A DNA stretch of 32,000 nt from Candidatus Hermodarchaeota archaeon (GCA_048886185.1 JBHLKY010000001.1:90001-122000); one strand, 5' to 3'; positions 1 through 9,475 are shown, counted from the first letter of the stretch. Notes: a model not told the origin generated them from the sequence alone. Program-made: numbers and translations.

Positions 1-1
1 A

Positions 2-808
2 GTAGCTCGAACTTTTAATAGGAACTTTTATGGAAGAAGTGGAACGAAGAGTGCTAACGCTTATTTGGTAAGTCCAGAAGTTGCTGTTGCTGCTGCTGTC
101 TTTGGAGAATTCACCGATCCTCGTAAATTAGGAGACTATCCCAAAATAGAGATGCCACCAGCAATTGAAATCGATGACTCAATGATTCTTCAACCGTCTG
201 ACAAACCTGAAGAAGTAGAGATCATTCGAGGCCCCAACATTGCCCCATTACCAGAATTTTATGCGATGCCTGATGATTTCCAGATTAAAGTGCTCATTAA
301 AACTGAGGATAACATCACAACGGATCATATCATGCCTGCAGGAGCGAAAATACTACCTTTAAGGTCTAATCTTCCAGAGATTAGCAAGTATGTGTTTGAA
401 CAGGTAGATCCAACCTTTCCAGAGAGAGCTCTTGAAAGTAAAAAGGAAGGTGGCGGAATCATCATTGGTGGGGACAATTACGGTCAAGGATCTAGTAGAG
501 AACATGCAGCACTCGCTCCAATGTATTTAGGAATAAAGGCTGTTCTTACAAAATCCTTTGCACGAATTCATCGTGACAATTTAATAAACTTTGGAATTCT
601 CCCTCTGTCGTTTGCAAACACTGCCGATTATGACAAAATCAAAGAGAATGATATCCTAGAGATTAAAGGAGTACGTAAAGCCTTAGAAAGTAATGAATCA
701 GTTGTCATCCATAATATTACTCAAGGATTTGACATCAAAACCTCATATGATCTATCTGAACGTGATCGGAAAATCCTCCTTGCTGGGGGCACGTTAAGCT
801 ACATTTAA
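2..808 (+). CDS. acn: Aconitate hydratase, C-terminal part (5'-truncated by the window edge)
   Basis: Frame is open from base 2 (VARTFNRNFYGRSGTKSANAYLVSPEV, the aconitase NRNFxGR motif). Swivel-domain motifs DNITTDHIMPAG and GDNYGQGSSREHAA follow. The TTG at 65 in the ORF track is not the real start. Confidence 0.92.
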   Translation, partial: VARTFNRNFYGRSGTKSANAYLVSPEVAVAAAVFGEFTDPRKLGDYPKIEMPPAIEIDDSMILQPSDKPEEVEIIRGPNIAPLPEFYAMPDDFQIKVLIKTEDNITTDHIMPAGAKILPLRSNLPEISKYVFEQVDPTFPERALESKKEGGGIIIGGDNYGQGSSREHAALAPMYLGIKAVLTKSFARIHRDNLINFGILPLSFANTADYDKIKENDILEIKGVRKALESNESVVIHNITQGFDIKTSYDLSERDRKILLAGGTLSYI

Positions 809-830
809 TGGCACTTGCTGCTCAATCTCT

Positions 831-917
831 TTTAATCCCCCCTTTTTTTCAAAAAAAACGAATATTCAGTTTCAATTCAATATGATATTTATAGGTAAAA
901 AAGTGAAAAAAGGGAGG
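831..917. terminator. Convergent terminator region between acn and icd
   Basis: CCCCCCTTTTTTT at 837-849 on + after the acn stop; CCTCCCTTTTTT on - (906-917) just after the icd stop. Confidence 0.6.
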
Positions 918-927
918 ATGAGTTTGA

Positions 928-2121
928 TCACTGATAACTTTGCCATTTCTGGTCTAGGTTAGGGTCTTGGAGTGTTTCATTGATGTAATCAGCGAACTCA
1001 TTGCCAGTACATCCAGTGTCCCGTCCAGTGCAAGTGATTCGCTTTTCATACTGAGAACAGATGTCTAGAGCTTTGTCTAGTTTGGATGCTTTCTCGACAA
1101 ATCCAATATGATTCAATAGCATAGCAGTGGCTTTAATGATGCTAGTTGGATCAGCATATTGAACACGGCCTTCCTCTACCATTCGAAGACCAGAACCATG
1201 TACCGCTTCAAACATGGCATATCTCTTACCAATATTAGCTGCACCTGCAGTTCCAAGACCTCCTTGAATCTGAGCTGCTTCATCCGTAATAATATCACCA
1301 TAAAGATTTGGAGCAGTAATCACTCGGAAGGAGCTTTGCCGAGCGGGATCGATGAGCTTCGCAGTCATGATGTCAATGTACCAATCATCCCATTTTACAT
1401 CGGGGTAGTCTTTCGCTACTTGTTCTGCGATCGCGAGGAATTTTCCGTCTGTTTTCTTTACGACATTGGCTTTAGTGACTACCGTGACTTTGTTGATGTT
1501 GTTCTTCTTTGCATATTCAAATGCTGCTCTGATAATTCGATCTGAGCCTTGATTTGTGATAACTTTGAAATCAATGGCCAAATCATCGGAAATATCGACG
1601 CCTTTTGATCCAAGAACGTATGCTCCTTCAGTATTTTCTCGATAAAACATCCAATCGATATTTTTTTCAGGTACACGAACAGGACGCACGTTGGCAAAAA
1701 GATCCAACTCACGACGCATTGCCACATTAGCGGATTCAATGTTAGGCCATGGAGAACCCTTCCAGGGAGTGGTTGTTGGTCCCTTCAGGATGGCATGACA
1801 TTTCTTCAGTTCTTCCAACACATCATCAGGAATAGGTTTCATTACTTTAACTCTATTTTCAATGGTCAAACCATCTATCATTCGAACTTCTACTTTTCCT
1901 GACTTAATTTCCTCTTCTAACAGGAAATTTAGAATTTTTACTGCATGCTGGGTAATTTCAGGTCCAATTCCATCTCCTCCACATGCGCCAATGATGATTG
2001 GTTTCAATGTGCTGAAATCCAACCAATCTGGTTCTTTTTTCATTCTTTCTACGCGTTCAAGCTGTTCTTTTACTAATTTTTCAAAATGGTCAGTTGCTTT
2101 TTTGACGATTTCTTCAGACAA
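928..2121 (-). CDS. icd: Isocitrate dehydrogenase (isocitrate/isopropylmalate dehydrogenase family)
   Basis: GDGIGPE, KGPTTTP, ESANVAMRRELDLFANVRP (SxN..R..R isocitrate-binding pattern), RENTEGAY, TKANVVK, NLYGDIITD, FEAVHGS. TTG start with AGGTGA upstream. Neighbours are acn and acl. Confidence 0.88.
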   Translation of the reverse strand: MSEEIVKKATDHFEKLVKEQLERVERMKKEPDWLDFSTLKPIIIGACGGDGIGPEITQHAVKILNFLLEEEIKSGKVEVRMIDGLTIENRVKVMKPIPDDVLEELKKCHAILKGPTTTPWKGSPWPNIESANVAMRRELDLFANVRPVRVPEKNIDWMFYRENTEGAYVLGSKGVDISDDLAIDFKVITNQGSDRIIRAAFEYAKKNNINKVTVVTKANVVKKTDGKFLAIAEQVAKDYPDVKWDDWYIDIMTAKLIDPARQSSFRVITAPNLYGDIITDEAAQIQGGLGTAGAANIGKRYAMFEAVHGSGLRMVEEGRVQYADPTSIIKATAMLLNHIGFVEKASKLDKALDICSQYEKRITCTGRDTGCTGNEFADYINETLQDPNLDQKWQSYQ

Positions 2122-2185
2122 TTCTTTTCACCTTAATTGTATTTATTCTTATGTTCATCTTGAAATAAAAAAGAAAAGTTGTGAT

Positions 2186-4024
2186 TTAGTTCGCAAAGAG
2201 GATTTCATCCCAGGGTTGTCGATAAAGGCCAGCTCTTTGCCTCTTTTGATCAAAAATATGCCCCATCATACCAATGGATCGCCCGAGGACGAATAATCCG
2301 TTGAGTAGCTCGCTTTCAATTACATCCTGTATCTCATCGTCGGTTAAACCGAGATTTAAGAGGAGATCTAGGAAGCAGATTCCGATACACCCATCAACAT
2401 TCAAGATTAGATTGTTACGCTTAGCAGTTGTGATTTTCTCTACTTCTAAAGAAAAGTCAAGATGTGGGTGTTTTTCGAAATGTTTGAAAACAAACTCTTT
2501 CAAAAGCGTGACACGAACATCAGGATTTTGAACAGATTTTATCCGATGGCCAATTCCAGGGATATTAATCCCTACGACGTTTTTCATGTAATCAACAAAG
2601 TCTACTGGCTTCATGTTTTTATCAACAGCCTCTTTGATATATTTAGCTGCATCAGAGATAGCTCCTCCAAACCGTGGGCCTATTGTCAAGATCCCACTCG
2701 AAAGTGAGGACATAAGATCTCTACCAGCTCTGGCAGTTATAATTGCATTGTGTGCGCCGCTTACTGCCGGGCCATGGTCTGAGGTTAGTTTTATCACCAT
2801 TTCAATGTAATCTTGCGCATATTGTGGCAGTTCCTTTTTAAACCAGAGTAATCCTATTGTATAGCCAATCGATTTATTCTCTCTAACAATAGTATCAAGA
2901 CCAACTCCAGAAAACATTGGAACATCGCCTCTTTCATCACTAATAGTACTTACTACGTCAGTTGGTCTCCTAACAATGCCAAGTCTAGAAGCTTGGGCAT
3001 AATCCATTGGTAATTTTGGTGGTTCAAATTCTTTCACAGGTTCGATCTTTCCCTCTGCTTTAAGTTTGTCAAATGTTTCACGAATCTTCTCACCTAGCTC
3101 GTCATATGAGCTTGGTACAATAGCTCCTGCTTCGGCTAATATTCTGTTTTTTGCTTCAGCAGTTTCTAGATCCGTTCCAGCCATAGCTCCAGCATGACCA
3201 AATTGAAGACCTGCAGGTAACAGTTTTGCAGCAGTTCCTATACACCACATAACTAGAGGTTTTTTTATTCGCCCATCCTTCAATGCATCTGCAACGTCTA
3301 TTTCTCCTGTTCCACCTACTTCACCTAAACAAACATGCATCTTAATTTTGGGAATGGACTCAAATCGAAGTAGATGGTCTAAAAGAGTTGAACCTGCATA
3401 TCTATCACCACCGATTGCGATTGCTTCGTAGACTCCATCAGAATTTTCTGCAATCATGAAATTTAGTTCGTTACTCATACCGCCACTTTTTGAGACAAGA
3501 CCGACACTACCAGTCCGATAAAGTTTTGATAACACAATATTCTCAATAGTACCAGCAGTGTTTCCTATCTTAAAAGCACCTGCTTTCATTCCTCCAACTG
3601 TTGCTGGCCCTATTATCATTTTACCTTTTTCTTTGGCTAATTTGATAAGTTCACGGCTTTGACGTTCGGGAATACCTTCAGCTATTACGGCAACTGTTCG
3701 AATTGTATCTGATTCCAAGGCCTCCTTTGATGTTGGATAAGCCGATCGAAAAGAGGAGAAGTTAACCATCACATCAGCATCAGGGTGGTTCTTCAAAGCA
3801 AGTGAAAGTTTTCTATAAATTGGTATGACAATTTCTTTTCCTCCCCAGAAAACTTTATGATAGCCTATCGCTCCTGTTTGACTTGGTCTGATGATAGCTG
3901 CTACAGAGGGGGTATCTCGTTTGCAAACAAAATCAAAATCTAACATTCGTTGGATAGCTGCTGCTTGAAAACCGTAAATAATGGCTTTAGTTTCTTTGCT
4001 AAATAATTCATAATTTTCCTTCAT
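2186..4024 (-). CDS. aclA: ATP-citrate lyase alpha subunit (CoA-binding, phospho-His and citryl-CoA lyase domains)
   Basis: IIGPATVGG, VSKSGGMSNEL, phospho-His loop QFGHAGA, and citryl-CoA lyase motifs DHGPAVSGAHN, GPRFGGA, PGIGHR, LNVDG, LFVLGRSIG. Confidence 0.96.
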   Translation of the reverse strand: MKENYELFSKETKAIIYGFQAAAIQRMLDFDFVCKRDTPSVAAIIRPSQTGAIGYHKVFWGGKEIVIPIYRKLSLALKNHPDADVMVNFSSFRSAYPTSKEALESDTIRTVAVIAEGIPERQSRELIKLAKEKGKMIIGPATVGGMKAGAFKIGNTAGTIENIVLSKLYRTGSVGLVSKSGGMSNELNFMIAENSDGVYEAIAIGGDRYAGSTLLDHLLRFESIPKIKMHVCLGEVGGTGEIDVADALKDGRIKKPLVMWCIGTAAKLLPAGLQFGHAGAMAGTDLETAEAKNRILAEAGAIVPSSYDELGEKIRETFDKLKAEGKIEPVKEFEPPKLPMDYAQASRLGIVRRPTDVVSTISDERGDVPMFSGVGLDTIVRENKSIGYTIGLLWFKKELPQYAQDYIEMVIKLTSDHGPAVSGAHNAIITARAGRDLMSSLSSGILTIGPRFGGAISDAAKYIKEAVDKNMKPVDFVDYMKNVVGINIPGIGHRIKSVQNPDVRVTLLKEFVFKHFEKHPHLDFSLEVEKITTAKRNNLILNVDGCIGICFLDLLLNLGLTDDEIQDVIESELLNGLFVLGRSIGMMGHIFDQKRQRAGLYRQPWDEILFAN

Positions 4025-4036
4025 TGGTGTATCTCC

Positions 4037-5320
4037 TTAATCTATTTCCTTTAGGGCTAGTGGAACAACTCGGGTCATATGAGTATAACGATCATACACT
4101 TCAATGGGTACGCCTATTTCTTCACCTACAGCCCTGATAAGTTCTAATCCTTCTTTTTCGTTTGGTCCACCGCGTCTAACATATATTTTCACGTTTGCTT
4201 TCTTGAGCTTTTCAGCTGAGTTTCTTAGAGCACTGACTATACCTGTAAATGTTGCCTTGACGTCAGTAAAGTTGGCTATTCCGCCTCCTATGATAAGAAT
4301 CTTGGGCTTACCTGTAGGATCAGGTTTTTCTGTTATTAGATCAATGATTGTCTGAGCATAGAGTTCGGTATGCTCTCGGTTTGGATTACCCGAATATTCG
4401 CCATAATTAGCTAGTTTCTTAGCATAACCCATATCTGCAATGGTATCAGTATAAATAACACTGGATCCACCTCCTGCAACCATCGTCCACAGGGGAGCAT
4501 CTCTATCTAGGATTGTTAATTTCAGAGAAGCACCAGTTTGCCCATCTAAATGTACCACAAACTCTTCCTCCTTAGATAACACTTGACCAAATCCTCGGGG
4601 GAATTCAATCGGGTCATCTGGATTACCCCACGTATCTGGATGACGAAATGCCGCTGTATCATCTAGTCGTGCTTTCAGATCAAGGGGAACAATCTTTTTA
4701 TCATCTGTAATAGCAAATGGGTTTATTTCCAAGAAAGCAAAATCTTGGTCTACATAGACTTGGAATAATCCTTTGATGAAAGGGATAAGAACATCGCTGA
4801 GGTCACCAAGATCAGGTAATTTGCTTTTAAGATCAAATAATTTGATATCTGTTCCCAATGGAACATTAACATGAGTTACTTTATCCCAATTTTCTTCTAC
4901 AAAGATACCTCCCTCAAAGCTGAAATGTATAATGTCGTTATCGCGATCAGATGTGAATGCGACATAATATTCTTTTGAATGAGGTATGAATGGTTCTACT
5001 AGGATTCGTTCCAAAATTCCAGTTGTGGTACCAATTGTTTGTTCTTTACCTAGCTTTTCTTTTGCGAAGGTTTTGAGTCCATTTAGATCAGCATCAAGTA
5101 ATAATAGTCCAGCTTTCCCACGTTTACCAAAAAGCTGATCAGGTTTTGCCGCTAGCTTCTCAGTGTTAAGCCATGGGTTAGCAGCAACTAATTTATTCCA
5201 GTCAGTATCAGGAGTAACAACCGCAAGTTTTCCATGATAATTATAATCAGGAAAATATTTTGGTAACTCCGACATAAGTAATTTTTTTGCTGCATATTCA
5301 TATATTGATTTTTGTGCCAT
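4037..5320 (-). CDS. aclB: ATP-citrate lyase beta subunit (ATP-grasp and citrate-binding domains)
   Basis: KPDQLFGKRGKAGL, EINP, DLKARLDDTA, FPRGFG, SLKLTIL, TMVAGGGSSVIYTD, NYGEYSGNP, GGGIANFTDV, VRRGGPN. Confidence 0.96.
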   Translation of the reverse strand: MAQKSIYEYAAKKLLMSELPKYFPDYNYHGKLAVVTPDTDWNKLVAANPWLNTEKLAAKPDQLFGKRGKAGLLLLDADLNGLKTFAKEKLGKEQTIGTTTGILERILVEPFIPHSKEYYVAFTSDRDNDIIHFSFEGGIFVEENWDKVTHVNVPLGTDIKLFDLKSKLPDLGDLSDVLIPFIKGLFQVYVDQDFAFLEINPFAITDDKKIVPLDLKARLDDTAAFRHPDTWGNPDDPIEFPRGFGQVLSKEEEFVVHLDGQTGASLKLTILDRDAPLWTMVAGGGSSVIYTDTIADMGYAKKLANYGEYSGNPNREHTELYAQTIIDLITEKPDPTGKPKILIIGGGIANFTDVKATFTGIVSALRNSAEKLKKANVKIYVRRGGPNEKEGLELIRAVGEEIGVPIEVYDRYTHMTRVVPLALKEID

Positions 5321-5984
5321 ATTCTTTCCTCTCTAAATTGATTGGTAGAAACTTAAATTGAGAGAAGACAGGAAATAACTAATTTTACTTCTCTCTCCTT
5401 CACTAAGTTGTGAAAGAGATGTAGGGTCTAGACATCAAAAATAAACAACTAAATAAGAATTTTATTATAAAAATTGATAAATAATTACATAATGGTGGTT
5501 ACTCAGGATTTCGACTTAAGAGGGAATTATGAGTCTAATGTCTAGTGGATCCTCATTATTTTTTCAGAAGTATCTCTTAACTTAGTAATCATTATTTGGG
5601 AGTATCCTTCCTCCTCCTTCTTATAGTTAATAACCCATGGCGTTATTTTCCGAATTCTTCTTTATTATAAGCAACTAAGTATGATGTACTCCCCCTTCAT
5701 TAATAGGGTATAATCTAATTACTATATTCCTGTGGATCGTTAGGCATAAAATCTGGATAAATAGTAAGTATTTGAACATTAGACTAATAATATTGAATTA
5801 GAATAGCAGCTTCGTATGACTCCTTGCCATATTATATTTTACGGATTTCCTTCTTGTAAACTTATGAGGGGATTCGAAAATCTGGTTATTAAAGAGGATA
5901 ATATTAATTATTTCCCTCTAGGTAAAAAATATTTGTGGTACGATAATGAACCTTTGTTAAATCAAGAAATATTTAATTTAGAGA

Positions 5985-6296
5985 GTGCTATTTGTGAATT
6001 CATGTGTACGACGGTTAGTTTTAGATGTCATGAAACCTCATGAACCTGATATTATTGTCTATGCAAATCATCTGGCAATGGTCGAACAGGAGAAGGGGGA
6101 AGTCACAGCGGTGAATATTGCTGTTATCGAGGTTGATCGTCTAGTTGAGAATATCAAAATTACCATTCAAGGTAATAAATTAGATTATGAGCTTATATCA
6201 AATAAGATTAAAGAATTAGGTGGAGCAATTCATTCGATTGATCTTGTAATTGCGGGAAAATCCATTATTGAAGAAACACCTACTCCCCAAGATTAG
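5985..6296 (+). CDS. DUF211 family protein
   Basis: RRLVLDVMKPHEP...ENIKITIQG...GGAIHSID matches the archaeal DUF211 pattern. The start may be the GTG at 5994. Confidence 0.85.
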   Translation: MLFVNSCVRRLVLDVMKPHEPDIIVYANHLAMVEQEKGEVTAVNIAVIEVDRLVENIKITIQGNKLDYELISNKIKELGGAIHSIDLVIAGKSIIEETPTPQD

Positions 6297-6320
6297 GTAT
6301 ATTGCTTGGAGTTACATTAA

Positions 6321-6905
6321 GTGTCATTTTTTTCGAAATTAAAACTCTATATTCAGATAACAGGAGGATGGGAGATTGCGCGTAGGTATTTTGTAATGAA
6401 TGGATTTGATGGTGTTCTCACTGTCTTTGGGATTGTATTAGGCGCTTTTTTAGTTGGTTATGAATCACCAAAAGAGATAATTGTTCCGGGAATAGGGGCA
6501 TCCTTTGCAATTGGGATTTCTGGGTTCTGGATTGCTTTTCTAACAGAGCAAGCAGAGCAAGAATTAGAGAAAAAAAAGATTGAATCGGCTATCTTCTCCA
6601 ATTTAGATGACACTATGTATTCCAAAGCAGCCCAAGTTGCATCGTTTATCAACTCTTTTGTCGACGGTTTAAGTCCCTTCCTGTTTGGATTTTTAGTTTT
6701 ATCTCCCTTCTTTCTAGTTCAATTTGGGGTTATAATGATAGAAATGGGGTACATTACTTCCTTCATACTGACATTTCTTTTACTATTTGTATTAGGATTC
6801 TTCTTAGGAAGAATTGCAAACCAGAATTGGCTAATATTTGGCTTAAAAACATCAATGGCTGGGATTGTATTGGGGATTTTAATGCTTCTTACTGGGATTG
6901 AATAA
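6321..6905 (+). CDS. VIT1/CCC1-family membrane transporter (TIGR00267-like)
   Basis: ARRYFVMNGFDG, Glu-rich EQAEQELE segment, about 5 hydrophobic helices. Typical partner of DUF211. Confidence 0.82.
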   Translation: MSFFSKLKLYIQITGGWEIARRYFVMNGFDGVLTVFGIVLGAFLVGYESPKEIIVPGIGASFAIGISGFWIAFLTEQAEQELEKKKIESAIFSNLDDTMYSKAAQVASFINSFVDGLSPFLFGFLVLSPFFLVQFGVIMIEMGYITSFILTFLLLFVLGFFLGRIANQNWLIFGLKTSMAGIVLGILMLLTGIE

Positions 6906-7118
6906 AAGTGACATAATTTAGGTTATAACAGAATTTTTTAGATCAATATAAATCTTAAAGGACAATGTATTATTACTCTCGTTTTTACATTCCAAAAAAT
7001 GTCTATTAATTGCAATTGAACTTTAAGTGAATCGTGCATTCCCTTACCTTCTGCAAAACATTTGAGGAAAAATTATTATAAATTCAGAAAATTTATGGGT
7101 GATGTAGGGTTGATAATT

Positions 7119-8468
7119 ATGTCTTACAAGGATATAGCGCTAGCGTATGGGGATGAAATGATTTCCCATTTTATCCCAGCTGATCTGAATGTACGAGTTC
7201 TGGAGCCCGAGAAAGCCAAACGGACCTTTACTGATCTCCAAGCTCGGTTTGATGAAGTCCTCAGAAAGCCTGTCGATTCTCCCCCTCTTGAGGAAATGGT
7301 GAAAAACCGGCAACGACCTCGAATAATGATTCTTGTAGATGATGCAACGAGGCCAAATAAGCATACAAAAGTTCTTCTTCCAATGCTTTTGGAAAAATTA
7401 TTCGAATACGGAGTGAATAAAGAGGATATTCGTATTATGGTAGCAAGTGGTTCTCATAGTCCACCAAGTGATGATTTACTCGAAAATAAGATCCTTGGTT
7501 CCGATATTTACAACGCATGGAAGAATCATGTTTTAATCCATAAGCAAGCAGAAAATTGCAAGAATATTGGGACATCATCATTAGGAACACCTATTGAAGT
7601 TGACATTGATGTTTTAGAATCAGGACTGGTAATTGCTGTCTCTGATAGTGAATATCATTATTTCGCTGGAGTTGCTGGAACCGTTAAGTCATTCTTCCCT
7701 GGATGTGCAGGAAAAGAGACTATTGCCAGAAATCATCCACAAATGTTCGACAAGGATCATGGTTTCAAACCTGCGTGTCGACTTGGGAATACTGCGGGCA
7801 ATCCAGTCATTCAAGATATGATTGAAATGGCTAAAAAGACAAAGAAGATGGTTCCAGTATTTGACATTGATTGTGTACTAGAAGGAGATGAAATCGTCAT
7901 CTTAAACGCAGGTGATATTAACTCGTTACATGACATAATTCTTGAAGATTTGAAGCCCCTTCGTATTGTTGAAGTCGAGGAAGCAGCTGATTTAGTCATT
8001 GTTTCCACAGGAGCATTAAGTATTAACTTATATCAAGGAGGAAAAGGATTTCATGCAGGTTGGAACGCAGTAAAACAAGGTGGAGATGTCTTACTTCTAG
8101 CTCACTGTCCCTTGGGTCACGGAAGTCAGAATTACAAAGATACAATGCTTGAAATAAAAGGGATGGATCTTGATAAAGCCATGGAACATGTGATTAATAC
8201 AAAATGTAGTATTGACAATTTCAAGATTGGGAATCAAAAAGTAGTAGATTTGATTCGTATTTTACTACGATGCACTTGTCACATGATCACCGAGATGGAT
8301 AAAGATGAGCTTGAAGATGTATTTCAAATAAAATACGTTCCACGAACAGGAACTATTCAAGAAAGTCTACGTGCATGGATTCATAAGTATAGGGAGGAAA
8401 AGAATCAAGATCCTTTAATCTACGTGCTCCCAGATGCTGGAAATTATATCGATGTGAAAAATAGGTGA
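7119..8468 (+). CDS. larA: LarA-family nickel-pincer-dependent 2-hydroxyacid racemase
   Basis: DDATRP, ASGSH, EYHYFAGVAGTVKSFFPG, ARNH, LYQGGKG retain the catalytic His and cofactor-binding Lys/His pattern of LarA. ATG at 7119 preferred over the track's TTG at 7062. Substrate unknown. Confidence 0.88.
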   Translation: MSYKDIALAYGDEMISHFIPADLNVRVLEPEKAKRTFTDLQARFDEVLRKPVDSPPLEEMVKNRQRPRIMILVDDATRPNKHTKVLLPMLLEKLFEYGVNKEDIRIMVASGSHSPPSDDLLENKILGSDIYNAWKNHVLIHKQAENCKNIGTSSLGTPIEVDIDVLESGLVIAVSDSEYHYFAGVAGTVKSFFPGCAGKETIARNHPQMFDKDHGFKPACRLGNTAGNPVIQDMIEMAKKTKKMVPVFDIDCVLEGDEIVILNAGDINSLHDIILEDLKPLRIVEVEEAADLVIVSTGALSINLYQGGKGFHAGWNAVKQGGDVLLLAHCPLGHGSQNYKDTMLEIKGMDLDKAMEHVINTKCSIDNFKIGNQKVVDLIRILLRCTCHMITEMDKDELEDVFQIKYVPRTGTIQESLRAWIHKYREEKNQDPLIYVLPDAGNYIDVKNR

Positions 8469-8965
8469 ACACTTTTCGTTCATCTACCCTTTTTCATTCT
8501 TCGTGCTTAGATTTCAAGTTTCTGAGTAGTAATTCTATTTAGATTAGTATTTACAACTTCCTTGCTGTAATATAGAGAAGGATTTTTGAACCTCACTACT
8601 ACTAATCTTCTTTGAACAGATATTTATTTACCAGTATTCATATATGGATTTTTTAATTTTAAATTCCACAAACCCTCAATGTATAGATTGAAATTCTTCT
8701 ATTCTTACTGGAATTTTTATCTTTTCTTCACTCAGAAGTGATCTTGAAAGATATTTGAGAATTAAAATGGTAGACTCAGAATGGTTCAATAAAGTATGTT
8801 TTATTGTGTCGATCAAAAATAATAATTTGAATCTTAAAGGATTCCCAAATTATAGATTTAAATGAATTTAAGTTGTGTTCGAAAAATAGCCACTTTTATA
8901 TTTCCAACGAAAAAAAAGATAAGATACTATCAGCTGGTCGCCAATATATTCCACAAAGTCTTTAG

Positions 8966-8982
8966 CTTACGATTTTCGTAAG
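8966..8982. promoter_or_regulatory. Perfect 7-3-7 inverted repeat upstream of the sdh operon (candidate operator)
   Basis: CTTACGA-TTT-TCGTAAG, ending 44 nt before the sdhD ATG. Confidence 0.45.
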
Positions 8983-9026
8983 AATTGATAGTCTATGGCA
9001 ATATAATAGTGTGATGTGAGTAAAAT

Positions 9027-9461
9027 ATGGGAATAGAAATCTCTTCTGAAAGTAAACTTACGCGTTTTGTACCTAAACATCAAGCAAGGAGTGCAGTATG
9101 GTGGGTTTTCCAGCGTCTCTCTGGATTTTTCTTATTCTTTTTCCTATTATTCCATTTGCTGGTAAATCACTACTTAACCACACTCCTTCCGACAGATGTA
9201 CGAGAATTCGGTGTAGCTTCTTTTGAGGCAGTTCAATGGAAGATGCAATATACTTACTTAGGGATACCTTTATACCTTGTAATATCTCTCTGTTTTGTCA
9301 CCTTTTTAGTTTTTCATATGTTGAATGGTTTTAGAACAGTTACGCTAGATCTCATAACAAACCAGTCACTTCGAAAGCTTATAGCTTTCTTGTTGGTAAT
9401 CATAGGACTTGTAGCAATTACATACACAATATGGCTTAACCTAACAGTCGCTGGTATTTGA
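9027..9461 (+). CDS. sdhD: Succinate dehydrogenase membrane anchor (SdhD-like)
   Basis: WWVFQRLSG, FHLL, SFEAV, FHMLNG; 3 TM helices; first gene of the sdh operon. Confidence 0.8.
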   Translation: MGIEISSESKLTRFVPKHQARSAVWWVFQRLSGFFLFFFLLFHLLVNHYLTTLLPTDVREFGVASFEAVQWKMQYTYLGIPLYLVISLCFVTFLVFHMLNGFRTVTLDLITNQSLRKLIAFLLVIIGLVAITYTIWLNLTVAGI

Positions 9462-9475
9462 ATAAGGTGGTTTAT

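Noticed and set aside
928-1800. Apparently higher GC in part of icd, suggesting horizontal transfer
   Set aside because: Three 60-nt spot counts ranged from 33% to 53% within the gene. This is not a consistent signal without a proper calculation.
1159-4355. Plus-strand ORFs opposite icd/acl (1159, 1862, 2274, 2462, 2613, 4104) and the alternate-frame ORF at 1479
   Set aside because: Antisense or alternate-frame shadows of well-conserved genes with no motifs. The same applies to the small ORFs overlapping the VIT gene, larA, sdh, sucCD, the FAD dehydrogenase, hypE and the last operon.
5816-6043. 75-aa ORF overlapping the DUF211 start
   Set aside because: No SD or recognisable motif, AT-rich composition, and it overlaps a real gene in another frame.
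8676-8816. 46-codon minus-strand ORF (TTG; MIDTIKHTLL...FQSIH) in the larA-sdh gap
   Set aside because: No SD, no motif, and a length expected by chance in AT-rich DNA.
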